From Microcystis aeruginosa NIES-843 (GTDB lineage Bacteria; Cyanobacteriota; Cyanobacteriia; Cyanobacteriales; Microcystaceae): a DNA stretch of 32,000 nt. The stretch is from positions 1,710,001 through 1,742,000 of the forward strand of contig NC_010296.1 of assembly GCF_000010625.1 (NCBI RefSeq). Direction: 5' to 3'. Both the position numbers and the translations under genes were made by a program. Of the stretch, positions 9,428-17,989 are shown in pieces. The notes below the pieces were generated by a model. It did not search any database and was not told where the DNA came from. It saw nothing but the letters and a program-made list of their open reading frames with translations. Each line of letters opens with the position of its first letter. Within the stretch, counting starts at the first letter, position 1.

Positions 9428-9788
9428 CTTGAGTAAATCACTGGTAATAGTTGATTGTGTTGGTTAGAGTCACACAACCTAATCTTTGGTTTTTTTGAAC
9501 TATTTTTAATAGTATGACTGATAGGAAGCGTAACTGTCAAGTAAACAGACAAGCCGCCATTATGTCAATTTTTTAATAATTTGCCTCTAGCACTGAAAGC
9601 GAGCAAACAGCGATCGCATTGGGGGCAGCTTTGCTGTGGCAATTGTCCGTGACTCAATATCTGTAATAATCTAATACAGCCCTTGTAAACCTTCTTTAAG
9701 CTCTGGGTTTTCGTCTTGATCGAGATGCACAAAATCGCCCTTAGATGAGAATTAGTTTACAAAAATTTACATTTGGAGATAAGGAGCA

Positions 9789-10328
9789 ATGAGTCAAGTT
9801 TCCGGTACAGATGTTCCCGATTTGGGTCGTCGTCAATTTATGAACCTGTTGACCTTTGGTACAATTACCGGAGTAGCGGCGGGGGCTTTGTATCCGATTG
9901 TTAAGTATTTTATTCCCCCCTCGGCCGGTGGTACGGGTGGCGGTGTCACCGCAAAAGATGCCCTAGGCAATGATGTGATTGTCAGTCAATTTCTGACCAG
10001 CCATAACGCTGGCGATCGCACCTTAGCCCAAGGTTTAAAAGGCGACCCCACCTATTTAGTCGTCCAAGAGGACAAAACCCTGGCCAACTACGGAATTAAC
10101 GCCGTCTGTACCCACTTAGGTTGTGTGGTGCCTTGGAATGCCAGCGAAGAAAAATTCATGTGTCCTTGCCACGGTTCCCAGTACAATGCCGAAGGAAAAG
10201 TAGTTCGCGGTCCAGCGCCTCTATCCTTAGCCCTCGCCCATGCCAACGTCACCGATAATGATAAAGTCGTCTTCTCCACTTGGACGGAAACCGACTTCCG
10301 CACCGGTGAAGAACCCTGGTGGTCCTAG
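9789..10328 (+). CDS. petC: Cytochrome b6-f complex Rieske iron-sulfur subunit
   Basis: [10 protein letters not shown] and CPCHGSQY Rieske 2Fe-2S boxes, an N-terminal TM helix, and petA immediately downstream. Confidence 0.95.
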   Translation: MSQVSGTDVPDLGRRQFMNLLTFGTITGVAAGALYPIVKYFIPPSAGGTGGGVTAKDALGNDVIVSQFLTSHNAGDRTLAQGLKGDPTYLVVQEDKTLANYGINAVCTHLGCVVPWNASEEKFMCPCHGSQYNAEGKVVRGPAPLSLALAHANVTDNDKVVFSTWTETDFRTGEEPWWS

Positions 10329-10371
10329 ATTATTCAATGTGACGAGATTTGGAATTATTCAACCGATAGAG

Positions 10372-11358
10372 ATGAGAACATTCAACTTTTTAAGCTTCCC
10401 GCAAGTCCACAGACAGGCCCTAGTGAAAGCTGTCCTCGTGGCGATCGCTACCGTTTCCCTACTCCTAACCAGCGATGTCATTAACCCCCAATCTGCCCAA
10501 GCATATCCTTTTTGGGCGCAACAAACCGCCCCGGAAACCCCCAGAGAAGCAACAGGTCGGATTGTCTGCGCGAACTGCCATTTAGCCCAAAAACCCGCCG
10601 AAATTGAAATCCCCCACTCGGTATTACCCGATAGCGTCTTTGAAGCAGTAGTAAAAATCCCCTACGATCCCGCCAGTCAACAGGTGTTAGGAGACGGATC
10701 GAAGGGGGGTTTAAACGTCGGTGCAGTCTTAATGCTACCGGATGGTTTTAAAATCGCGCCCCCCGATCGCATTCCCGAAGAAATGCAGGAAAAACTCGGT
10801 GGAGTCTATTTCCAATCCTACAAAGAAGGTCAAGATAACGTGGTTATCGTCGGCCCCTTACCCGGTGATCAATACAAAGAGATCGTTTTCCCCGTCCTGG
10901 CCCCCGATCCTAGCCAAAATAAGGGTATTCACTTCGGTAAATATGCTGTGCATTTAGGGGCCAATCGCGGTCGCGGTCAAGTGTACCCCACCGGTGAACC
11001 CAGCAATAATAACGCTTTCAAAGCTTCTACCGCAGGTACAATTAGCCAGATCAGCAAAACCGAAGCCGGTGGTTATGAAGTCACCATCACTTCCGAAGCT
11101 GGCCCCGTGGTGGAAAATATTCCCGCAGGTCCTGAGTTAATCGTCTCGGAAGGTCAAGCGATCGAAGTGGGACAATTTTTAACCAGTAACCCCAATGTCG
11201 GCGGTTTTGGTCAAAAAGATACGGAAGTTGTCCTGCAAAATCCCGGCCGGATCAAAGGATTAGTTTTATTCCTCGGTGGTATTATGCTCTGCCAAATCCT
11301 CTTAGTTATTAAGAAAAAACAAGTGGAAACAGTACAAGCGGCCGAAATGAATTTCTAA
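10372..11358 (+). CDS. petA: Cytochrome f (apocytochrome f precursor)
   Basis: A signal peptide is followed by the mature N-terminus YPFWAQQ, the heme site CANCHL and a C-terminal TM anchor. Start chosen at the Met giving MRTFNFLSF...; the 10240 ORF start overlaps petC. Confidence 0.92.
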   Translation: MRTFNFLSFPQVHRQALVKAVLVAIATVSLLLTSDVINPQSAQAYPFWAQQTAPETPREATGRIVCANCHLAQKPAEIEIPHSVLPDSVFEAVVKIPYDPASQQVLGDGSKGGLNVGAVLMLPDGFKIAPPDRIPEEMQEKLGGVYFQSYKEGQDNVVIVGPLPGDQYKEIVFPVLAPDPSQNKGIHFGKYAVHLGANRGRGQVYPTGEPSNNNAFKASTAGTISQISKTEAGGYEVTITSEAGPVVENIPAGPELIVSEGQAIEVGQFLTSNPNVGGFGQKDTEVVLQNPGRIKGLVLFLGGIMLCQILLVIKKKQVETVQAAEMNF

Positions 11359-11383
11359 TCGCAATATTTCGGTTATTTTTGCT

Positions 11384-11412
11384 AAAAAGCGGGTTACTTG
11401 CCCGCTTTTTAG
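11384..11412 (+). terminator. Rho-independent terminator after petA
   Basis: aaaaagcggg-ttacttg-cccgcttttt: a perfect 10-bp stem (including A/T flanks), a 7-nt loop and a T tract, 26 nt after the petA stop. Confidence 0.8.
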
Positions 11413-11490
11413 CTTTGGGGCAGGAAAATGCTCACCGCTCACTGCCGTCTGATACAATCGGTTCAACTTAACCGATAAGTGTCAATTTTT

Positions 11491-12552
11491 ATGAATCAGT
11501 CGCTTGTTCCAGTCATTCTCGCCGGTGGTAAAGGGGAACGTTTTTGGCCTCTCAGTCGTCTAGCGCGTCCGAAACAGTTTCTCTGTCTTGATGGTAGTGG
11601 TCGCAGTCTTTTACAAGCAACGGCTGATCGTCTATTATCTTTAGGGGCAGGTTGGGAAAATCTCTGGGTAATTACCGCTAGTGCGATCGCTGATGGTGTC
11701 CGCGAACAACTGCCCGATTTACCGGAGAGTAACCTATTAGTGGAACCGGTGGGCAAGGATACGGCCCCGGCTGTGACTTGGGCCACCTTAGAAGTGATAA
11801 AACGTTATGGTAAGGAAGTGGCGATCGGTTTTTTTCCTGCCGATCATTATATTGGTGATCAAGAGGCTTATATTAACACTTTAAAAGCGGCCGTAGAAGT
11901 GGCCGTCAGCCAAAAAGCGATCGTTACTTTAGGGATTAAACCCGATTATCCCTCCACCGGTTACGGTTATATCGAACAGGGAGAAAATCAAGGCGAATTT
12001 AATGGTTTACCCGTCTATAAAGTTAGTCGTTTTACGGAAAAACCCGATCGCACCACGGCCGAAAAATTCCTAGAAACGGGACTTTTTAGCTGGAATAGCG
12101 GAATGTTTATCTTTCAGGGACAAGTGGTTTTAGAGGAGCTAAAAACCCACGCTAATAATATTTTACAGCCTCTGATCGATCGGGGCATCGCTGCCTATGA
12201 GGATTTAGAGAAAAAAAGTATCGATTATGCTTTGATGGAAAAAACCCAACTCGCTTACGTTTTACCCGCTAATTTCGGTTGGGATGATCTGGGAGATTGG
12301 AATGCTCTGGAAAGATTACTAGAAGCAAAGGGCAAAAATATTGAACTGGCAAATCATGTCGGTTTGGATACGGAGGGGGCTATTATCTATGCTAGTGATG
12401 AGGAAGAAGTGATCGTTACTATTGGTTTAAAAGATCTGGTAATTGTTCGCGACGGCAAAGCAACTCTCGTTGTCCACAAAGATCGTACCCAAGATATTAA
12501 ACAAGTTCTCAAGCAATTACAAACCGATCCCAAATTGGAGAAATTGTTATAG
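11491..12552 (+). CDS. Mannose-1-phosphate guanylyltransferase (NTP-transferase family)
   Basis: VILAGGKGERFWPLSR nucleotide-binding motif, FPADHYI, and GYGYI. About 353 aa with no isomerase domain. ATG at 11491 preferred over GTG at 11479. Confidence 0.8.
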   Translation: MNQSLVPVILAGGKGERFWPLSRLARPKQFLCLDGSGRSLLQATADRLLSLGAGWENLWVITASAIADGVREQLPDLPESNLLVEPVGKDTAPAVTWATLEVIKRYGKEVAIGFFPADHYIGDQEAYINTLKAAVEVAVSQKAIVTLGIKPDYPSTGYGYIEQGENQGEFNGLPVYKVSRFTEKPDRTTAEKFLETGLFSWNSGMFIFQGQVVLEELKTHANNILQPLIDRGIAAYEDLEKKSIDYALMEKTQLAYVLPANFGWDDLGDWNALERLLEAKGKNIELANHVGLDTEGAIIYASDEEEVIVTIGLKDLVIVRDGKATLVVHKDRTQDIKQVLKQLQTDPKLEKLL

Positions 12553-12582
12553 GATTGATAAGTACCTAAGTAGGGTTTGCTG

Positions 12583-12750
12583 AAAAAGGTTTTCGTGGGG
12601 GCAGGGTGTGGGGTGTGGGGTGTGGGGTGTAGGGTTTTACCGATTTTGAGGTAGTCAGTTACCTAATTTTCAGGGAAAAAGTCCAGGAATTTTACCCCCG
12701 ATCACTCCAATGGTCAGCACTTTTTGAGGAAAAAAAAGTCTAAAAGCCTT
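12583..12750. mobile_element. MITE family A copy, 3' end degraded into heptamer repeats
   Basis: Aligns by eye with 17355..17568: GGGTTTGC-GAAAAAG-TTTTCGTGGGGG-(GGGGTGT)n-TTTTACCGATTTT-AGG...TTTTCAGGGAAAAAGTCCAGGAATTTT...CACTCCAATGGTC-GCACTTTTTGAGG. Confidence 0.75.
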
Positions 12751-13180
12751 TTTTTCAGTAATCAGTGATCAGTAAACAGTAACCAGTAACCAGTGAAAAG
12801 ACAGTAGGAAACTTCTATTTAATACTGCTCACTTAAAACTCAAATCTGATCACTGATAACTGATAACTGATAACTGAAAGGGGTACATCTCATTTTTGTA
12901 AATCTACTAAGTTGGGATTTTTTAAGGGAAACTTCCTACTAAAATCGGGCGTTACTTTCGGTTTTATCGCTCAATCCAAGCTTTTGGGGGGTAGAACCCC
13001 CCAAACCCCCCGTTGGGGGCGTGGCGCCGCCCCCAAACCCCCCGCGCATTAGTTTTTCGGTGGGATGCTTACAGGCAGCTGCTGATATATCTGTAATAAT
13101 TTAAAAGTCACTGATAATTGCTGATTATCGGTGTTCCTGCAAATGTGGGATGCACCCATCGATAAGTACCTAACTTACCC

Positions 13181-13307
13181 ACTGATAAACTGATAACTGA
13201 TAACTGATAACTGATAACTGATAACTGATAACTGATAACTGATAACTGATAACTGATAACTGATAACTGATAACTGATAACTGATCACTGATAACTGATA
13301 ACTGATA
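13181..13307 (+). repeat. CTGATAA heptamer tandem array, about 18 units with 2-3 variant units
   Basis: Read directly. The array ends 5 nt before the GTG start (13313) of the ABC1 kinase gene. Confidence 0.95.
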
Positions 13308-13312
13308 ATACC

Positions 13313-14962
13313 GTGTTCTCACTCCCCCAAACCAGTCAAAGACAAAAAGAAATCCTTGAGATAGTTCTCGGCAACGGTTGGGACTATATGCGCGGGGTTT
13401 TAACCCTAGGAAAAACGGAAAATCCCCAGATTCCCACCCCAGAAGTTCTCAAAAAAATCCTTGTGGAATTGGGGCCTTTTTATGTCAAATTGGGACAGTT
13501 ACTTAGTACCCGTCCCGATCTGCTACCTGCTAATTATATCGAGGCTTTAACTGCCCTACAAGCACAAGTTCCTCCCGTTGCTTGGACAGATATAGAAATA
13601 GTCATCACCGAACAGTTAGCAAAACCGATCGAAGAGGTATTTAAGTATATTAATCCCCAACCGATTGCCGCAGGATCAATCGGGCAAATTCATCGGGCAA
13701 CTTTATTATCTGGGGAGGAAGTAGCGATTAAAGTCTTGCGTCCTGGAATCGAAAAAATTGTTGCCCAAGATAGTGCCTTAATTAAGGGAATTGCTGATTT
13801 AGTTGCCCTCACAGAATTTGGTCAAAGTTACGACGTTGTTGACTTAGCAGAGGAGTTTATTAAAGCAGTCAATGCGGAATTAGATTTTACCCAAGAAGGT
13901 CATTATACTGACCAATTACGCTATAATTTAACCCAGAGTCGGTGGTCAGAACCCAAACAGTTAGTTATTCCTAAAATTTATTGGCACTTAACTAATTCCA
14001 GGCTATTAGTGTTAGAATGGTTAGAAGGAAAACAAATTTTAGAGGCCGATGTTTCTAGACCAGCAACTGAGCAAGCAATTTCCCAAAGAAAAACCGAAAT
14101 AACTCGGATTTTGTTTCGGTCATTTTTTCAACAAATTTATATTGATGGCTTCTTTCATGCCGATCCCCATCCGGGTAATATTTTCTATCTTGATGATGGT
14201 AGAGTGGCTTTAATTGACTGTGGCATGGTGGGCAGATTAGACCCACAAACTCAACAAATTTTAACAGAATTGTTATTGGCAATTGTTGACTTAGATGCCA
14301 AAAGATGCAGTCAACTAACTATTAAACTATCCGAGTCAGTCGTGCCGATTACTTTAGTACAATTAGAGGTGGATTATGAGCGGATGTTGCGAAAATATTA
14401 TAACCTCAATTTAAATCAAATTAACTTTAGTGAGGTGGTTTATGAACTTTTGCAAATTGCCCGTCGCAATAGAATTAAACTTCCGGGTAATTTAGGTTTA
14501 TTTGCCAAAAGTCTCGCTAATCTAGAAGGAACTGCCCGAAAATTTAATCCTGATATTAATATCCTAGAAGAAGTCAAACCGCTATTAACTAATATTCTTG
14601 AACAACAGTTAATCGGTAGCACTCCCCTACAAACTGCCCTAAGAACAGTTTTAGACTTGAAATCTTTTTCCCTGAAATCTCCCCGTCAAATCGAAGTTTT
14701 ACTAGATGGTTTAACCTCGGAAACTTTAAATGTTAATCTGAAAATTCGCGACTTAGATAATCTCCGTCGCAGTTTAGATAATTCCGCCAATCGACTAGCT
14801 TTTAGTGTGATTATTGGTTCCTTAATTATCGGGGCCGCCATTGTCACAGCCAGCACCCAATCTCGGCAATTAACTATTATTAGTACCGTATTATTTGCTA
14901 CAGCTAGTTTTATCGGTTTATGGTTAGTTGTCGGTATCCTGCGATCAGGAAGATTGCGCTAG
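13313..14962 (+). CDS. ABC1/UbiB-family atypical kinase
   Basis: LGPFYVKLGQLLSTRPDLLP, AAGSIGQIHRA, VAIKVLRPG and FHADPHPGNI motifs, plus C-terminal TM helices. Confidence 0.9.
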   Translation: MFSLPQTSQRQKEILEIVLGNGWDYMRGVLTLGKTENPQIPTPEVLKKILVELGPFYVKLGQLLSTRPDLLPANYIEALTALQAQVPPVAWTDIEIVITEQLAKPIEEVFKYINPQPIAAGSIGQIHRATLLSGEEVAIKVLRPGIEKIVAQDSALIKGIADLVALTEFGQSYDVVDLAEEFIKAVNAELDFTQEGHYTDQLRYNLTQSRWSEPKQLVIPKIYWHLTNSRLLVLEWLEGKQILEADVSRPATEQAISQRKTEITRILFRSFFQQIYIDGFFHADPHPGNIFYLDDGRVALIDCGMVGRLDPQTQQILTELLLAIVDLDAKRCSQLTIKLSESVVPITLVQLEVDYERMLRKYYNLNLNQINFSEVVYELLQIARRNRIKLPGNLGLFAKSLANLEGTARKFNPDINILEEVKPLLTNILEQQLIGSTPLQTALRTVLDLKSFSLKSPRQIEVLLDGLTSETLNVNLKIRDLDNLRRSLDNSANRLAFSVIIGSLIIGAAIVTASTQSRQLTIISTVLFATASFIGLWLVVGILRSGRLR

Positions 14963-14974
14963 AAATTATCGCCA

Positions 14975-15382
14975 TTAAATTAAGATTTGTTGTTGTAAAA
15001 ATTTCGCCCACCGACTGGCTAATTCAACTTCAGTAAAGGGAATTCTTTCAGGCGATCGCTCTTTAAAAATAAATTCTAGGCAAGGGGAACCTTGGGGGGG
15101 AAGAGCATCTAAATCCACCACTTGATTATTAACTAACAGACGGATTTCTTTGACCTCCTCTAGGGAAAAAGTTTGTAAATTTATGACTCCCTTACGAGTT
15201 GGCTTTCCCCAAGTGATAATTTTATCTTTTTGACCTAAGACAGAATATATATCATACTTAGCTCGCTCGAAGTTTTCCGCCCATGATCGATAGATTTCCA
15301 CTTTTTGGTATTCATTCCAACCACTCCAAGCCAACCAAATAAATAGAATTAATAAAGGTGTCCACAATAACCCGCGTTCCAT
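14975..15382 (-). CDS. Hypothetical membrane-anchored protein (135 aa)
   Basis: N-terminal hydrophobic helix LLWTPLLILFIWLAWSGW and host-like composition. No family recognised. Confidence 0.5.
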   Translation of the reverse strand: MERGLLWTPLLILFIWLAWSGWNEYQKVEIYRSWAENFERAKYDIYSVLGQKDKIITWGKPTRKGVINLQTFSLEEVKEIRLLVNNQVVDLDALPPQGSPCLEFIFKERSPERIPFTEVELASRWAKFLQQQILI

Positions 15383-15571
15383 AAACTATCGCCCCAAAAT
15401 TCTGGTCAATTAATCCTATTTTATGCTAAGTGGGTGGGTGGAATTAAATATAAGATGAACGTAGGTTGGGTTGAAGCATGAAACCCAACGCCCGATTATG
15501 TTACGCTACCGCTAACCCATCCTACAAATAATTGTGCCTCCCTACTTAATTGGCAGCAAGGGATTATACTA

Positions 15572-15625
15572 GGGTTTGCGGCAAAAAGTTTTTCCTGGGG
15601 GTTGGGGTGTGGGGAAGGAAACCTC
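15572..15625. repeat. 5' fragment of MITE family A
   Basis: GGGTTTGCGGCAAAAAGTTTTTCCTGGGGGTTGGGGTGTGGGG matches the first ~50 nt of the 17355 copy. Confidence 0.7.
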
Positions 15626-15677
15626 TTTCATCTGCGGTGGTGAAAATTTTTTCATCGGGACTGACTTGCTGATTCGG

Positions 15678-15706
15678 AAAAAAAAGGGCAGACAAAAGCC
15701 TCCCCT
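15678..15706 (-). terminator. Possible intrinsic terminator downstream of glnA
   Basis: The minus strand reads GGGAGGCTTTTGTCTGCCC followed by T8. The stem is imperfect (one mismatch, one G-U). Confidence 0.35.
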
Positions 15707-15732
15707 AGTATTAATGATTGGTCAATCAAACC

Positions 15733-17154
15733 TTAGACATCGTAGTAGAGAGAGAACTCGTAGGGGTGAGGACGTAAGCGCATCGGGTTAACTTCGTTAT
15801 CGAGCTTGTAGGTGATCCAGTTGTGGATAAAGTCTTCGGTAAAGACACCAGAATCGGTCAAGAAAGCGTGATCTTTTTCGAGACTTTCCAGAGCTGCTTC
15901 TAAAGAACCGGGGGTAGAGGGTATTTTTGACAATTCTTCGGGACTGAGTTCGTAGATATCCACATCGAGAGGTTCCCCCGGTTCAATTTGATTTTTAATC
16001 CCATCGATACCGGCACAGAGCATAGCTGCAAAAGCGAGGTAGGGGTTAGAAGTCGCGTCAGGACAGCGGAATTCTAAACGTTTGGCTTTCGGGTTGCTTC
16101 CCGATAAAGGAATCCGAATCGAAGCGGAGCGATTACCTTGGGAGTAAGCCAGGTTTACAGGGGCCTCAAAACCGGGGACGAGACGCTTGTAAGAGTTGGT
16201 GGTGGGGTTAGTTAAAGCTAAGAGTGCGGGAGCGTGTCTAAGCAAACCACCGATGTAGTGCAGTGCCATTTGGCTAAGTCCGGCGTATTTATCCCCAGCG
16301 AACAGGGGTTGACCATCTTTCCAGATAGACTGGTGAACGTGCATCCCGGAACCATTATCACCAAAGATGGGTTTAGGCATAAAGGTGACGGTTTTACCGT
16401 ATTTCTTGGCCACGTTCTTGATGCAGTATTTATAGGTCATCAAGTAGTCGGCAGCCCGTACTAGGGTAGAGAATTTAATCCCTAACTCGTTTTGACCACC
16501 AGTAGCGACTTCATGGTGATGTTTTTCGATGGGAACTCCGCAGTCGGCCATGGTTAAGAGCATTTCCGTGCGAATGTCTTGAGAGGTATCGGTGGGACTA
16601 ACGGGAAAATAACCCTGTTTGTAGGCGGGTTTATAGGCAAGATTTCCGTCTTTTTCGTCTTTACCGCTATTCCAACGACCTTCGACACTATCCATGTAGT
16701 AATAGCCCGAGTTGGCGGTTTGGTCGAAACGAGCGCTATCAAAGAGGAAAAATTCCGCTTCCGGTCCAAAATATACGGTATCACCTAAACCGGTAGTGCT
16801 AAGATAATCGATCGCTTTCTGAGCAATAGAGCGAGGATCGCGGCTATACCATTCACCGGTTCTCGGTTCTTTGATGCTACAGATCATGCTTAGGGTAGGT
16901 TCCTTGTAGAAGGGATCGATCCAAGCAGTGGTGGGATCGGGAACCATGGCCATATCGGATTCGTTAATTGCTTTCCAACCGCGAATACTGGAACCATCGA
17001 AGGCAACACCATCGCTGAAAGAGCTTTCATCGATTTGATCGTAGTAGAACGAGCAATGTTGCCAGATACCTGGCATATCAATAAATTTCAGGTCGATAAT
17101 CTTAATATTGTTGTCCTGAATCATTTTCAAGACTTCTTGTGGCGTTTCGGGCAT
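15733..17154 (-). CDS. glnA: Glutamine synthetase type I
   Basis: 473 aa with the [18 protein letters not shown] and [10 protein letters not shown] motifs of GSI. Confidence 0.97.
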   Translation of the reverse strand: MPETPQEVLKMIQDNNIKIIDLKFIDMPGIWQHCSFYYDQIDESSFSDGVAFDGSSIRGWKAINESDMAMVPDPTTAWIDPFYKEPTLSMICSIKEPRTGEWYSRDPRSIAQKAIDYLSTTGLGDTVYFGPEAEFFLFDSARFDQTANSGYYYMDSVEGRWNSGKDEKDGNLAYKPAYKQGYFPVSPTDTSQDIRTEMLLTMADCGVPIEKHHHEVATGGQNELGIKFSTLVRAADYLMTYKYCIKNVAKKYGKTVTFMPKPIFGDNGSGMHVHQSIWKDGQPLFAGDKYAGLSQMALHYIGGLLRHAPALLALTNPTTNSYKRLVPGFEAPVNLAYSQGNRSASIRIPLSGSNPKAKRLEFRCPDATSNPYLAFAAMLCAGIDGIKNQIEPGEPLDVDIYELSPEELSKIPSTPGSLEAALESLEKDHAFLTDSGVFTEDFIHNWITYKLDNEVNPMRLRPHPYEFSLYYDV

Positions 17155-17231
17155 GGAAAACTCCTTTGATGTATGGATCAGTTCTTAAGCTTCTCAAAAA
17201 ATCCATCCTAAACAGTCACTTTGGCCGGTTT

Positions 17232-17247
17232 TGTATTTTTCGATACA
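17232..17247 (-). promoter_or_regulatory. NtcA binding site TGTA-N8-TACA with a downstream -10 box (glnA promoter)
   Basis: TGTATTTTTCGATACA is a perfect palindromic NtcA consensus. On the glnA strand, TAGGAT (TAN3T) at 17205-17210 lies exactly 22 nt from the GTA-N8-TAC core. The site is ~80-90 nt upstream of the glnA ATG. Confidence 0.8.
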
Positions 17248-17354
17248 AAATCTTTAATCCTAGCTTGAAAAAATCTGTAATTTCCTTGTTCAGGTCGGTA
17301 ATCGCTGGGAATGACCATTTGCCTATCAGCTTCTACTGCCCCTTGCCCTACTTA

Positions 17355-17568
17355 GGGTTTGCGGCAAAAAGTTTTTCGTGGGGGTAGGGTGTGGGGTGTG
17401 GGGTGTGGGGTGTGGGGTTTTACCGATTTTCAGGTGGTCAATTAGCTAATTTTCAGGGAAAAAGTCCAGGAATTTTCCCCCCAATCACTCCAATGGTCGG
17501 CACTTTTTGAGGGGAAAAAAGTCTAAAAACCTTGTTGGATAAGGTTTTTAGATTTATTCAGCAAACCC
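17355..17568. mobile_element. MITE family A, full-length copy (~214 bp) carrying a (GGGGTGT)n tract
   Basis: Termini GGGTTTGCGGCAAAAAG ... TTATTCAGCAAACCC are imperfectly inverted (about 7-9 complementary terminal nt). The internal sequence is shared with 12583..12750. Confidence 0.8.
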
Positions 17569-17574
17569 TACTTA

Positions 17575-17801
17575 GGGTCTGCGGCAAAAAGTTTGTTGGT
17601 GGGGTTAGGAGTCAGTAGCCGGTCGTCAGTAGCCGGTCGTTTCAGGCTTTGTTGCCCTTCTTTTTTGTACCAGTTTATCTACTAAGAGAAGGATAATGCA
17701 AGTTTTTTGAATGTCCTAATCCTATATTCTGGCACTAACATCGGATTTTAACAGGTCAAAAGCCTTATTTTAAAAGGGTTTTACCATTATTCAGCCAGCC
17801 C
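17575..17801. mobile_element. MITE family B, second copy
   Basis: Shares GTTTGTTGGTGGGGTTAGGAGTCAGTAGCCGGTCGTCAGTAGCCGGTCGT ... CATCGGATTTTAACAGGTCAAAAGCCTTATTTTAAAAGGGTTTTACCATTATTCAGC with 3475..3710. An additional solo TIR fragment (GGGTTTGCTGAATAAATC) lies at 17808-17825. Confidence 0.85.
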
Positions 17802-17989
17802 TAATTAGGGTTTGCTGAATAAATCTTGTTCGAGCTGCCCGGTCATCACCGTCCGGCCCTGGCCGTGAGGATGTCAAACACTTAACCAGACATTTTGTCC
17901 TTAAATTCTGAAATATAACGTCTGCTTAACCCGGAACGATCAAAGCGTTAGATTAGAAAGAGTCCTTTTTTGAGAGATATTTAAACCTG

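Noticed and set aside
10240-10371. 132-nt N-terminal extension of the petA ORF in the six-frame track
   Set aside because: The extension overlaps the 3' end of petC and encodes a low-complexity sequence. The Met at 10372 gives a normal cytochrome f signal peptide ending in the mature YPFWAQQ.
12603-12634. GGGGTGT repeats resembling eukaryotic telomeric repeats or contamination
   Set aside because: The tracts are internal to a bacterial MITE flanked by cyanobacterial genes and are only 4-10 units long. They are a repeat module, not a telomere.
15576-15791. 71-aa ORF between the hypothetical membrane protein gene and glnA, and similarly 17139..17387, 17953..18135 and 23282..23470
   Set aside because: These are read through MITE fragments, the glnA terminator or promoter region, or the opposite strand of neighbouring genes. 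There is no coding signal.
16234-16788. ORFs of 60-100 aa lying antisense or out of frame within well-supported genes. Examples: 16234..16464, 16554..16784 and 16579..16788 in glnA. Elsewhere: 148..444, 1354..1665, 1374..1655, 4043..4249, 4609..4797, 6545..6733, 10088..10303, 10742..10957, 11496..11786, 14055..14282, 14440..14622, 16890..17081, 19662..19955, 20738..20947, 22074..22274, 24467..24733, 25512..25709, 26182..26469, 26194..26403, 29612..30193, 29784..30071, 30365..30673, 30441..30680, 31194..31442.
   Set aside because: All are nested in ORFs with clear family motifs and have low-complexity or biased translations. They are shadow ORFs.
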